Assembly (NCBI GenBank): GCA_031416315.1
Contig: JANOTL010000035.1
Span: 25,579 to 89,578, forward strand
Length of the DNA: 64,000 nt
DNA from: Pseudomonadota bacterium
GTDB lineage: Bacteria; Bdellovibrionota_B; Oligoflexia; Oligoflexales; CAIYRB01
Direction: 5' to 3'
Of the stretch, positions 25,505 to 35,154 are shown piece by piece (within the stretch, counting starts at the first letter, position 1; each line of letters starts with the position of its first letter). A model generated the notes under the pieces. The model saw nothing but the letters and a program-made list of their open reading frames with translations. It was not told the DNA's origin and ran no database searches. The translations under genes were made by a program, and so were the position numbers.

Positions 25505-25915
25505 TCAGGGGATCAGGTTGGTGCGATCCGCTTCGATCAGACAGTCCGGGAGCGGACCGTAATAGACCTGGCCCTGGTACTGGTGGCGGCCCCACGGATC
25601 GATCGACCAACGCTTCAGATAGTATACATCGTCCTGACCGGCGCAGATCGCGACCAGCGTCAAAGCGTTGAAGGACGAGCGGTTTTCGTAGAGTTTCACG
25701 CGTTGCTGGTCGCAGATCTCACGCGAGCCGACCCAGAGGTTGACTCTCGAGGCGACTTGGTTCGCGTCGATGACGGTGAACATCAGGTAGCCGGGTCCCG
25801 GAGGGCAGTCGTACGTGGCGAGGGCGGTCGCGCGGGGCTCCGGCCACTGGTCGTCGGCGAGTGCGACCGAAGACAGTCCGAGGGCGAAGGCGGCGGCTAT
25901 GAGAAAGGTTTTCAA
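25505..25915 (-). CDS. Secreted hypothetical protein
   Basis: RBS AAGGAG + TTG; signal peptide (L)KTFLIAAAFALGLSSVALA; 4 Cys. Confidence 0.7.
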   Translation of the reverse strand: MKTFLIAAAFALGLSSVALADDQWPEPRATALATYDCPPGPGYLMFTVIDANQVASRVNLWVGSREICDQQRVKLYENRSSFNALTLVAICAGQDDVYYLKRWSIDPWGRHQYQGQVYYGPLPDCLIEADRTNLIP

Positions 25916-26250
25916 GCGAGGCTCCTTACGGCGTAAGCAGGTTGAAGGCACTACGTGCCTCGTCTGCGCCGGGAAGTCCATCGCAACGCGGCGAGCCGGG
26001 CTCGCTTCTAGAGGATCGGAGATGGGAGAGAAAGGGGCGAAAGGAGAGGTAACGGGCGGGTGGGACGGGGATTTTCGGGCGGGGTCTAGAAGCGCACTGG
26101 CTTGCTCACCAAGTAACGCGCGACCGCGGGAAAAACTGGCTCACCGCCCGCGATTTTTTTCGGACCCTTGACGCGGGCTGTCGGGATCCCACGTTATGGC
26201 GGCGAAATGAGCGGAGAATTCTCACGAGAAGGCGCCCTCGGCTCTTCGGC

Positions 26251-26355
26251 GAGATTCCCGACGCTTACAAGGGCACAGACGAGGTGATGGCGAACCAGAG
26301 CGATCTGGTCGAGGTCGTGGCCGAGCTGAAGCAAGTGCTTTGCGTCAAACGATAG
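26251..26355 (+). pseudogene. rtcB: 3' remnant of an RtcB RNA ligase gene
   Basis: Translates EIPDAYKGTDEVMANQSDLVEVVAELKQVLCVKR*, matching the RtcB C-terminal signature; no in-frame start in the ~90 bp upstream. Confidence 0.75.
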
Positions 26356-26370
26356 CGTATTGAGACGAGG

Positions 26371-27063
26371 ATGCTCGGCACCTACGACCTCATCCTCTTC
26401 GACTTCGACGACACGCTCGTCGATTTTCCCTTGGCGCAGACGGCCGCCTTGGCCGCGGTCGGCCGGCACTTCGGGCGCGGCGTCGGACCGGAGGCCTTGG
26501 CGGCGTTTCACGCGATCAACGCCGAGCTCTGGGCGGCGCACGACCTTGGGACGCTGAGCTTGGACCACGTGCTGCGGCATCGTTTCGAGCGGTTTCTGCC
26601 GCTCCTGGAGCTGGCCGAGGCCGACCGCGACGCCGACCGCGCCAACACCGCGTTCCTCGAGGGGCTCGCCGAAGCGGCGACGCCCTTTCCCGGGGCGGTC
26701 GAGCTGGTGCGGCGCGTCGCCGCGGCGAAGCCGGTCGGCATCGTCACCAACGGGCACGGCGCGACGCAGCGCAAGCGGCTGCGACACGCCGGATTCGGCG
26801 ACATCCCGCTCTTCGTCGTCGTCTCGGGCGAGGTCGGCGCTTCGAAGCCATCGCGACGGATCTTCGAGGCGGCTTACGAGATGTCGGGGCTCGCGCCGGG
26901 CGCGCGTACCGTGATGATCGGCGACAATCTGAAGGCCGATGTCGCGGGCGCCTTGGCTGCGGGCTTCGACGCCTTCTGGGTGAATGCGGAGGGCAAGCCC
27001 GCGCCCGCAGACGTAAAACCGAGCTTCGTCGTGCGCAGCGTCTCTGAGTTGACGTTCCCATGA
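26371..27063 (+). CDS. yjjG: HAD-superfamily nucleotidase (YjjG-like)
   Basis: LFDFDDTL, INAELW, IVTNG, SGEVGASKP, MIGDNLKADVAGA. Confidence 0.85.
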   Translation: MLGTYDLILFDFDDTLVDFPLAQTAALAAVGRHFGRGVGPEALAAFHAINAELWAAHDLGTLSLDHVLRHRFERFLPLLELAEADRDADRANTAFLEGLAEAATPFPGAVELVRRVAAAKPVGIVTNGHGATQRKRLRHAGFGDIPLFVVVSGEVGASKPSRRIFEAAYEMSGLAPGARTVMIGDNLKADVAGALAAGFDAFWVNAEGKPAPADVKPSFVVRSVSELTFP

Positions 27064-27064
27064 C
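27049..27064 (+). promoter_or_regulatory. Putative OmpR-type response-regulator box upstream of the kinase
   Basis: TTGAC-GTTCCC-ATGAC (11-bp period), 35 bp before kinase ATG. Confidence 0.45.
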
Positions 27065-27098
27065 AATCGGGCGCGGGGCCTGAGTTAGGATCCGTCCG

Positions 27099-28565
27099 AT
27101 GCGACTCCTCGGGAAATTGCCGCTCGTCGTCGGTGCCGCCTTCGCCCTGATCGCGGCGCTATGCGGCGAAGGCTATCGCCGCGCCGTGGCCCCGGCTCTG
27201 GCGCAGGGGACGACGCCTGAGCAAGCGGCGCGGACGACGCAGGAGTTCCTGCGCGATCGGCCGCCGGTGGCCGTGCGCGAGCGGCCGACGCTTTCGGGGC
27301 CGCTGGGCGAGCTCAAGGACCCGCGGCTGACCCTGCCGATCACGCATCTTCTGCCGGTCGAGGAGATGCGGGCGGTGTTCGCCTACGCGCAGTCTTGTAC
27401 CAATGTTCCTATGGTTCTCGATGCCGCTTTGGTGAAGGCGCTCTTTTGGGCGCGCTTCGTCTGCGGCGACGGAACGGCGCTGCCACCGGATTTTTTCGCG
27501 CGGCCGCCGTTCATGCATCCCGCGGGGAAATCGTACGCGGCGCTCGGCGCAGCGCGCGGGATCGCGACGCCGAAACATTTGCGGCACGAGCTGGAGCAGG
27601 TCGACGTGGGGCGCCCGGCCCTGGCGGCGATGGTCGCGGGGGACGCGCAGCTCGTCACTAAACAGCACGTAATCTTTCTGCAAGAAAGCGACGCCGGTTC
27701 TTCGCGCTATCTTTTCTTCCCGCGGAACGCTTGGGAGACTTTCGTCTCCATCCAGCCGGTGCGCCTGGTCGAGCGCGCGCCCGACGTCGCGTGTCTCCCG
27801 GGAACAAGCTATTACTGCTGGGCGGCGGCCACGCGGGTCGCGGAGGCAAGGGCGAGGCTCCTTGGCGGCGCGGCGATCGCGGCCTTGGTCGTTACGGCGC
27901 TCAGCCTACTCTTGGCGGCGACTGGGCGCGTGGCCGCGCAGCGCCGCGAGCGCGCCGCTCGGGCGCGGATCGTGCGCACCTTGACGCACGAGCTGCGCAC
28001 GCCGGCGACGAGCTTGGCCCTGGCGCTCGAGACTTTGCGCGACGAGTTCGACGAGTTGCCGGCAGGGAGCCAGACGGCGTTCCTGCGGATGACGGGCGAC
28101 GTCGAGCGGCTCAAGCGCGTGATCGCGGCGAGCGCCGGCTATCTCCGCGTCGAGCGCGCCGGCGCGTGCGGGCCGGGCGTCGCCTCGGTGAACAGCTTTC
28201 TCGCGGCGCTCATGGAGCGCTACGGCGAGGCCGTGCGTTTCGAGGGCCTGGCCGAGGACGGCGCCCTGGGCGTCGACCCCCATTGGCTCGAGGTCGGCGT
28301 CGCGAATCTCGTCGACAATGCCGTGCGTCACGGCAAGCCGCCGGTCGTCGTGCGCGCGGCGCGGCGCGGGAAAAAGAAGGTGGCGATCACCGTCGAGGAC
28401 GGCGGCGTGCTGCAGAGCGTCAACCTGCTGACCCTCGCCGCGGGCGCGCAAGGCGGCGGACTCGGCCTCGGCTTGACCCTGGTAGACGACGTGGCTCGCG
28501 CTTTCGGCGGCGCGCTGCGCATCGCACGGCCCGCGGCTTTCACCTTGGAGCTGCCTTCTAGATGA
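27099..28565 (+). CDS. Sensor histidine kinase with DUF3404-like periplasmic domain (VxrA/WigK-like)
   Basis: Periplasmic YAQSC...FVC...PPFMHPAGKSYA; H box THELRTP; N box NLVDNAVRHG; GLGLGL. Confidence 0.8.
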   Translation: MRLLGKLPLVVGAAFALIAALCGEGYRRAVAPALAQGTTPEQAARTTQEFLRDRPPVAVRERPTLSGPLGELKDPRLTLPITHLLPVEEMRAVFAYAQSCTNVPMVLDAALVKALFWARFVCGDGTALPPDFFARPPFMHPAGKSYAALGAARGIATPKHLRHELEQVDVGRPALAAMVAGDAQLVTKQHVIFLQESDAGSSRYLFFPRNAWETFVSIQPVRLVERAPDVACLPGTSYYCWAAATRVAEARARLLGGAAIAALVVTALSLLLAATGRVAAQRRERAARARIVRTLTHELRTPATSLALALETLRDEFDELPAGSQTAFLRMTGDVERLKRVIAASAGYLRVERAGACGPGVASVNSFLAALMERYGEAVRFEGLAEDGALGVDPHWLEVGVANLVDNAVRHGKPPVVVRAARRGKKKVAITVEDGGVLQSVNLLTLAAGAQGGGLGLGLTLVDDVARAFGGALRIARPAAFTLELPSR

Positions 28566-29242
28566 TCCTCCTGGTCGAAGACGAGCCGAACGTCGCCGAG
28601 GCCTTGTGCCGGTTCTTGACCGCCGAGGGGCTCCTCGTCCGGCCGGCGGTCGACGCGGCCGGGGCGGAGCGCGAGGTCCAGGCGCAAATGCCGGAGCTCG
28701 TGCTCCTCGATTGGGCGCTGCCGGATCGTCCCGGAATCGAGCTCTTGCGCGGTTGGCGCGAGCGCGGGCTAAAATTTCCGGTGATCATGCTGACGGCGCG
28801 CGCCGAGCTGATCGACAAAGTGCTCGGGCTCGAGCTCGGCGCCGACGATTACGTGACGAAGCCGTTCGAGCCGCGGGAATTGCTGGCGCGGATTCGCGCC
28901 CGCCTGCGCTCCGCGTCCGAGCCCGCGCGCACGAGCCTGACGGCGGCCTCCGGCGCGCTCGTGATCGACACGGCGGCGCACGAGGTGCGTTGGCGCGGCG
29001 TTTTGGTCGAGCTGACGCGCATGGAGTTCGGCTTGCTCCGCCTCTTGGTCGAGGAGCGCAACAAGGTCTTCAGCCGCGACGAGCTCCTGAATCGGGTGTG
29101 GGGCTTCGAGGCGTTCCCGACGACGCGAACGGTGGATACGCACATGCTGCAGTTGCGGCAGAAGCTCGCTGCCGAGATCTTCGAGACGGTGCGCGGCGTC
29201 GGCTACCGTTTCCGCGACGTCCCCGTGCCGCCGAAGAATTGA
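28562..29242 (+). CDS. OmpR-family response regulator (VxrB/WigR-like)
   Basis: LLVEDE, LLDWALPD, GADDYVTKPF, wHTH FPTTRTVDTH...ETVRGVGYRF; ATGA overlap. Confidence 0.92.
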   Translation: MILLVEDEPNVAEALCRFLTAEGLLVRPAVDAAGAEREVQAQMPELVLLDWALPDRPGIELLRGWRERGLKFPVIMLTARAELIDKVLGLELGADDYVTKPFEPRELLARIRARLRSASEPARTSLTAASGALVIDTAAHEVRWRGVLVELTRMEFGLLRLLVEERNKVFSRDELLNRVWGFEAFPTTRTVDTHMLQLRQKLAAEIFETVRGVGYRFRDVPVPPKN

Positions 29243-29254
29243 CCGAGAGTTGAC
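29239..29254 (+). promoter_or_regulatory. Putative response-regulator box upstream of the DUF2861-like gene
   Basis: Perfect TTGAC-CGAGAG-TTGAC direct repeat (11-bp period). Confidence 0.55.
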
Positions 29255-29333
29255 GAAGAAGGGACGGCGCCGTGACAAGGCGGCGCGCGCGAGGTGCCAA
29301 AGTAGGCCTCGAACCCAAACGGAGGATCTGTTC

Positions 29334-30314
29334 ATGATGTCCCTCAAGAGAATGACTGTGGCAATGGCAATGGCAGGAGTGGCGACCGTCGCCCTGGCGA
29401 ACGGCGGCTTCTTCGGCGCGGAAGGCGAACGCTCGGCGATCGAGCGCGCGCATGCCGCGTATCTGAAGGACGACATGCCCTCGATGTCTTCCGCACTGCG
29501 GGAGGCGCTCGCGGACCCGAGCGCCGATCAGTTGGTGCGGACGAACGCTTACGATCTGCTGAATCGGGCGTTTCGCGAGCACAAGGGCAAGTTGACCTCC
29601 GACTGGGCGCCGCCGCCCGGGGTCAGCAACTTGAAGTTTGCCCACGTGCGCAAGGCGAAGCAGGACGGCGTCGCCTACAAGGCCAACTTCGCCGGGCACA
29701 TGGACGCGGCGGACACGTTGTCGCAGGTGCAGCTCGTGAAGTTCCCGAACGACGTCGTGCTCGACCGTCGCGCGGGCGTCGGCGAGTGGGAGTCCGCGCC
29801 GGAGGAGACCGGCGGCGGCTTTTACTTCGGCCTCGACAGCGAGGACCGCGAGGCACCGTTGGCCGACGGCCTCTACATCATCCGATTCGTGCTCGCCAGC
29901 GGGCTCTCGTCGGAAGGCTGGTTCGTGATGAGTGACCTGACCTCTTCAGCGACGCCCTCCGTGCACGCCCCGGCCTACGGTGAAACGGTCACCTCGGCGC
30001 AGCCGACGATCACCTGGGACGACTTCCGCTCGCCGGAGCTTTCGCCGGACGAGCGCCGGGTCATGCGCGTCAACGTCAGCCGTGTCACCGACGTTTCGCC
30101 TTATTGGGCGCCGGTCTGGGGCCTGTCGAGCCAAGGCGCCACGCAGACGTCGGCGACGGTCGGTCTGGAGCCGGATGCGGACGGGCCGGAGAGCTCGCTC
30201 GCCAACGGCGAATACTGGCTTTCCGTCAGCTTCTACGAGCAGCGCATGTTCGGCGATCTGAAGCTCCGGCGCGCGAGCCGCACGTCGCGACCGTTCCGCG
30301 TCGCGATTCCCTGA
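29334..30314 (+). CDS. DUF2861-like periplasmic protein (VxrC-like)
   Basis: RBS GGAGG; signal peptide; N-terminal helical AHAAYLKDD segment then beta-rich body; position after kinase/regulator. Confidence 0.6.
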   Translation: MMSLKRMTVAMAMAGVATVALANGGFFGAEGERSAIERAHAAYLKDDMPSMSSALREALADPSADQLVRTNAYDLLNRAFREHKGKLTSDWAPPPGVSNLKFAHVRKAKQDGVAYKANFAGHMDAADTLSQVQLVKFPNDVVLDRRAGVGEWESAPEETGGGFYFGLDSEDREAPLADGLYIIRFVLASGLSSEGWFVMSDLTSSATPSVHAPAYGETVTSAQPTITWDDFRSPELSPDERRVMRVNVSRVTDVSPYWAPVWGLSSQGATQTSATVGLEPDADGPESSLANGEYWLSVSFYEQRMFGDLKLRRASRTSRPFRVAIP

Positions 30315-30317
30315 GAC

Positions 30318-32585
30318 TCAGCGACTTCGCCTGAGCGTCCGCACCAGCTCCTCGTGCTGGTCGGCGCGCAGGCCCTTGAGCGCCAAACCGTGCGCGAAAC
30401 GTCCCGCGCCGCCGCGCGCCGGCCGACCCCAACGCACCTCGGCGTCGACCGTCAGGGGCTGGGGCTCGCCCGCGATCGTGAGGGTGAGCTTCAGGCCGAC
30501 ACCCTTCGCAAGGTAGGCGGGGAGCTCGACGCCGATGCCGCGCTCGGAAAAGTCGACGAGGACGCACGGCCCATATTCAGTGCCGATGGCGACGAAGGCA
30601 GGGTCTACGACGAGCCAGCGCTGCTCCAGCCGCGTGAGTCCCATGCGCTCGGCGTGCACCCGCGTCGCGGCAGCCTTCTCCGCCGTGCCCGCGAGCGGGT
30701 CGAATTCGACCGCTTGTAGCGGCTTTTCGTGGTGCTTGACCTGGATCAGGCGCCGGGCCATGCCGGGCGTGTCGATCGCGAACTTGGCGCAAGCGTCGAG
30801 CGTCGTCTCGCTCAGCATGACCGCGTGCAGATCGCAGGCCGTCTCGAGGCGCTTCGCGAGGTTGACCCCGGTGCCGATCACGGTGAAGTCGAGCCGGCCG
30901 TCGCTGCCGACGTTGCCGACGAAGACGCTGGCGGTGTTGATCCCGATGCGCAGCGGCGTCGCGAGGCGCGCGCCCTCACCGGCGGCGCGCGCCATCTCGA
31001 GGACGTTGTCGCGCTGGATGGCGACCGCGCAGTCGACGGCGGCGTCAGCATGGCCTCGTCGAGGGGCGCCGTCTGCGGGCAGCTCCCGGCCCCAACCGTG
31101 GCCGAAATACGCGAGAAGACCGTCCCCGAGCGTGCGGTCGACGGTGCCTCCGTGCTCGTGGATGCGCTGGCTCGTGCGCGCGAACACCGCCTTGATATAC
31201 GCAAAAACGTCGGCCGGCGGATGCTCCTCGGCGAGGAGCGAGAAGCCGACGACGTCGATGAACATCAGGGTGACGACGCGCTCGGCCGCGTTTTCGTCGA
31301 GGGCTTTCGGATCCTCGACGAATTGCTGGAGGCGTTCGTCGGAAATCAGGCCTTTGAGTGCGCTTCGGAGCGCGGTCGCCTTCAGCTCGCCTTCGCGGCC
31401 GCGGCGCGCGACGCCGAACGCGGCCGCGCCAAGGAAGGCGGCCGTCGGACTCGCCCAGGGAACGAGCGCGCCCGCGAAAATGAACGCGGCGTGACTAGCC
31501 AGGGCGATCCCGCCCGCGGCCGCGACGGCGACGAGCGGCACGAAAAGCGGCCGCAGCGCGAAGCCGAGCCATAGGCCGAGGGCGGCGAGAAGCGGAAGCA
31601 GCGCGAGCGCGAGCTCGCGCGCGGGGACGAGCCACCTTCCCGCGAGCACGCTATTCATCACGGCGACGTGGTAGAAGACGCCGGGAACCGCGCCGATCGG
31701 CGTGGCGCGGAAGTCGGTGTTCCCCGAGTAGTAGAGCGGCACGATGACGACGTAGTCGCCCTTGTCGATGCCGATCGGTCCTGCCTCCGGCGCATCCGGC
31801 AAGACGAGCTTCGCGAGGCTCTGCGTGCGGGATTGCAGCGTTGCCAACGCCGGGAAATCGGCGGCGAGGAGGCCGCGCTCGTCGACGGGCACGCGGCGGC
31901 CGTCGATCAAGGGGCCGTCGGCGTCGAGGCCGATGGATTTCGCCGCGCCGAAGGCGATGTGCGGCATGACGCGCTCGTGATCGACGCGCAGAAAGGGGGC
32001 GACGAAGCCGCCGCCCTGGTCGTTGATGTGGCCGATGAAGTCGAAGCTCCGACGCAGAACCGGCAGAGGGCCTTGCGGGACGCCGCCGGAAATCGAAAGC
32101 CACGCGGCGTCGCGCGGATCGGCGGCCAGCTTGGCGATCTGGTTGTAGGGCTTTTCAAGGGCGAGGGGCGTCGGCGCGGTGGCGGCGCGGGAGGCGAAGC
32201 TGCCGGCGATGACGTTGCCAGCGGCAAGGTTCGCTTGGGCGAGCTCGGCGAGCGCGGCGTCCGCTTCGAACGATAGGCCGAAGACTTTGTCGATCAGGAT
32301 CGCCGCCGGCTTGGCGCGCGCGAGGCGGCGGACGAGGCGGCTCCAGTCGGGAGCGAGCATCTCGGTACGGCGCAGGGCGTGCACGCTGGCGTCGTCGAAG
32401 GCCAGGATCTTGAGGCGTGAGTCGAGCGCGGGAGCCTTGCCGAGGCGGGCGCGCAGCTCGAAGCGCAGCGGCTGCTCGACGGCGTCGCGGAGGTAAGCGC
32501 CGGGCGAGAAGGCTTGGCCGAGGAGCGCGGCGAGCGTGACGCCGAGCCAGAGGAGCACGAGCTTCGGGCGTGGCCAACGCCGCAT
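30318..32585 (-). CDS. CHASE2 - class III adenylate/guanylate cyclase - PilZ protein
   Basis: ILAFDD, ILIDKVF, TPIGAVPGVFYH (CHASE2); MFIDVVGFS, LGDG, RIGINT, DFTVIGTGVNLAKRLE; PilZ RLEQR and DFSERG. Confidence 0.88.
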   Translation of the reverse strand: MRRWPRPKLVLLWLGVTLAALLGQAFSPGAYLRDAVEQPLRFELRARLGKAPALDSRLKILAFDDASVHALRRTEMLAPDWSRLVRRLARAKPAAILIDKVFGLSFEADAALAELAQANLAAGNVIAGSFASRAATAPTPLALEKPYNQIAKLAADPRDAAWLSISGGVPQGPLPVLRRSFDFIGHINDQGGGFVAPFLRVDHERVMPHIAFGAAKSIGLDADGPLIDGRRVPVDERGLLAADFPALATLQSRTQSLAKLVLPDAPEAGPIGIDKGDYVVIVPLYYSGNTDFRATPIGAVPGVFYHVAVMNSVLAGRWLVPARELALALLPLLAALGLWLGFALRPLFVPLVAVAAAGGIALASHAAFIFAGALVPWASPTAAFLGAAAFGVARRGREGELKATALRSALKGLISDERLQQFVEDPKALDENAAERVVTLMFIDVVGFSLLAEEHPPADVFAYIKAVFARTSQRIHEHGGTVDRTLGDGLLAYFGHGWGRELPADGAPRRGHADAAVDCAVAIQRDNVLEMARAAGEGARLATPLRIGINTASVFVGNVGSDGRLDFTVIGTGVNLAKRLETACDLHAVMLSETTLDACAKFAIDTPGMARRLIQVKHHEKPLQAVEFDPLAGTAEKAAATRVHAERMGLTRLEQRWLVVDPAFVAIGTEYGPCVLVDFSERGIGVELPAYLAKGVGLKLTLTIAGEPQPLTVDAEVRWGRPARGGAGRFAHGLALKGLRADQHEELVRTLRRSR

Positions 32586-32589
32586 CGAC

Positions 32590-33201
32590 TCAGTCCCCGG
32601 CCGCGAGACGTCCGGAAACAATCACGGTCCGGACTTTGCCGGAGTCGGGATCTTTGCCGGTAAGCTCGAGATCCATCTCGAGCTCCTCGTTCACCAGATC
32701 CTTGGGCACGGCGAAGATCGCGGTGCGGCCTTTGCCGGGCTGGATGATGTTCTTGGTGATGATCAGATCCTTCGATTTAGCCGCGCCGGCTTTGCGCACG
32801 ACCCAGCGCTTCTGCAGCTTCGAGATGTCGACGAGCTTCTTGCGCGCCTTCGCGTCGCTGGCGTTTTTGTGCAACGCGCACGAGACGAGGCGTTCTTTTT
32901 TCGTGTCGAGCTCGTCGGCCGCGCCGGGCTTCAGGAGATCGTCACTCTCGGCCTCGTCTATATCGACGGCGTCGAGGCGGAGATAGGCGCCGTTCAAGAC
33001 CTCAGGCGGAAGCGCTTGGTCGCCGGCGTAGGTGCTGTCCTTGGTCTTCTTCGTCCCGGCGTCCTCTGCCTTGACGGCCGAGCCGCTGCCGCTCGACGGC
33101 GCGACGTCTATGTCGCGTCGCGGCGTGGCGGCGGGCTCGCACGCCGAGGTGAGCGCGAGCGCGAGCGCGATCGAGAGCAGGAGCGGATGACGGTAAGACA
33201 T
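32590..33201 (-). CDS. Lipoprotein, hypothetical
   Basis: Lipobox TSAC; ends 4 bp before the cyclase start. Confidence 0.75.
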   Translation of the reverse strand: MSYRHPLLLSIALALALTSACEPAATPRRDIDVAPSSGSGSAVKAEDAGTKKTKDSTYAGDQALPPEVLNGAYLRLDAVDIDEAESDDLLKPGAADELDTKKERLVSCALHKNASDAKARKKLVDISKLQKRWVVRKAGAAKSKDLIITKNIIQPGKGRTAIFAVPKDLVNEELEMDLELTGKDPDSGKVRTVIVSGRLAAGD

Positions 33202-33347
33202 ACGATCTGTTCGGCTATATCCGGCGGCGCCTGAACCGATACTTTTGCGTCGGCCGCGCCTCGCGGTAGAAGAGCAATGTGGTAGTAAAATCAGTTTGTT
33301 ACCTCGTCGGCGCTAAGGCAAGGGCACATAAAACCGAATGTAATTCC

Positions 33348-35054
33348 ATGCATCCCGCTCCTGCCGCCGTTTTCGCCGCCCTCGGGTTGGCGCTCGCCCT
33401 AGTCTGGGCGGCGCCGTCCCGTGCTGCGAGCATCTTCGATCTGCAGAAGGCGCGTGAGGTCGAGGTGGTCGGCCATGCGCGTCTGCAAAACCTGAATCCT
33501 GGCATCAACGTTTGGTACTTTCTCGAGCTTACCGTCCCGGGCGGCAAAGCGAGTTTCAACCTGACGAACTCGGCGCCGAGCCTGCGTCGGATCCATCTGG
33601 ACCCGGAGTTTCACGAAGGCGTGCGGATCGATGAGGCCGGTGCGTCGGTCTTCTGCGAGCTCTGGAACGCAAAGGGTGACGGCCCCCTCGTCGCGGCCCG
33701 CGCGAAGCATGCGCCGTACGTCTCGTTGTGCGGCGGCAAGATCACGCTGAAGAGCGTCGCACAGGGTCGCGAGTCATTTAACGAGTGGTGCACGGATTTC
33801 CTTCGCCTGCATGTTCCGGGCGGCGAAAGCGTCATCACCATGGTGAAGAACACCATTTTCAGCGACAAAGAGATGATCACCGCCGACACCGCCGCCAACC
33901 CCACCGAGAGCGAGGCCGCGTCGAAGCCCGGCAAGCCCATGGACGCGTTGGTTGCCCGCGCATTCAATGGCGCGACTCTGCCGACCGGCAAGCTCGCGAT
34001 CCGGATGAAGGAGCGGGACGGCAAGCCGATGGGCATCGGCCGTTGGTACGAGGCAGCGCTGGAGCCGGGCGTCTACGTGAGCCAGATCGAGCCGCGCTTC
34101 GTCGCGCCCGAGGTGCTCACGAGCTTCCCCGCGCGCGTCGGCGCCTTGAGCGCCGTCGAGGAAAAGGCGATCTCCTATCTCGTCGCGTTCGACCTGTCGC
34201 GCTTCTCCCTGGGCTACACTTTGGGCACCAAGCACCCGGGCGTCGAGTGGTCGCGGCGCTCGCCCGATTTCAGGAAGCTCGCGCGCAGCTCCGCGGGGCC
34301 GGACGGTTTTGGCTCGGTGAAACCCTTGGCGGTGAACGGAATCGTGGGCCCCGAGTTCCTCTCGCGAGCGGTCGCCACTTTCACCGGCGGCTTCAAGCGC
34401 TACCATAGCGCGTTCAAGACGGGTCCATTCAGCGAGAAGAACAAAGGTAGCCACTACGGTTTTGTGGAGGACGGTGTCGTCTTCAGCAAGCTCGTGCCGG
34501 GACTCTCGACCATGGCGGCCGACGCCGACGGGAAGATCTCGATGCGCACCTGGCGCGAAGGTGACGCGAAGAAGCTCGACAGCATCCGCTACGCTCGGCA
34601 GAACGGCGTGCCAATCGTCGTGCCGCTCGAGCCGAAAGAGGCGAAACTTTTCGGCGGCAGATTGGTGAGCAAGCCAGGCCTCTACGTCGATCAGTGGGGA
34701 CAGGGCAACTGGTCGGGCGACGTGAAGAGCAAGAAGCGGACGCTCCGGACCGGCGCCTGCATGCAGGAAGAAGGCGGCAAACAGTTCCTGATCTTCGGCT
34801 ACTTTTCCTCGGCGACGCCGTCTTCGATGGCGCGTGTATTCCAGGCGTACCGCTGCGAATATGCGATGCATCTCGATATGAACGCGCTAGAGCACACGTA
34901 CATGGCGCTATTCAAGCGCAATGGCGACGACTACAAGATCGAGCATCTTTCGCGCGGCATGGGCGTCTTCGACCACAAGGACGGGGACAAGCTCAGGCCG
35001 CGGTTCGTGGGGGAGCCGGATTCGCGCGACTTCTTCTTCCTGTATCGCCGCTGA
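33348..35054 (+). CDS. Secreted hypothetical protein with possible phosphodiester-glycosidase-like C-terminal domain
   Basis: Signal peptide; ATFTGGFK, RQNG, TLRTGAC, AMHLDMN, RDFFF motifs. Confidence 0.6.
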   Translation: MHPAPAAVFAALGLALALVWAAPSRAASIFDLQKAREVEVVGHARLQNLNPGINVWYFLELTVPGGKASFNLTNSAPSLRRIHLDPEFHEGVRIDEAGASVFCELWNAKGDGPLVAARAKHAPYVSLCGGKITLKSVAQGRESFNEWCTDFLRLHVPGGESVITMVKNTIFSDKEMITADTAANPTESEAASKPGKPMDALVARAFNGATLPTGKLAIRMKERDGKPMGIGRWYEAALEPGVYVSQIEPRFVAPEVLTSFPARVGALSAVEEKAISYLVAFDLSRFSLGYTLGTKHPGVEWSRRSPDFRKLARSSAGPDGFGSVKPLAVNGIVGPEFLSRAVATFTGGFKRYHSAFKTGPFSEKNKGSHYGFVEDGVVFSKLVPGLSTMAADADGKISMRTWREGDAKKLDSIRYARQNGVPIVVPLEPKEAKLFGGRLVSKPGLYVDQWGQGNWSGDVKSKKRTLRTGACMQEEGGKQFLIFGYFSSATPSSMARVFQAYRCEYAMHLDMNALEHTYMALFKRNGDDYKIEHLSRGMGVFDHKDGDKLRPRFVGEPDSRDFFFLYRR

Positions 35055-35154
35055 ATTGCGAGCGTCGCCAGGTCGTTAAGGCCGAGCTCGACTAGGATAT
35101 TGGCCGCCTCCGTTTTTTCCTTAAGACGCGCGCAAGCCGGGCCGATTAAGGTCC

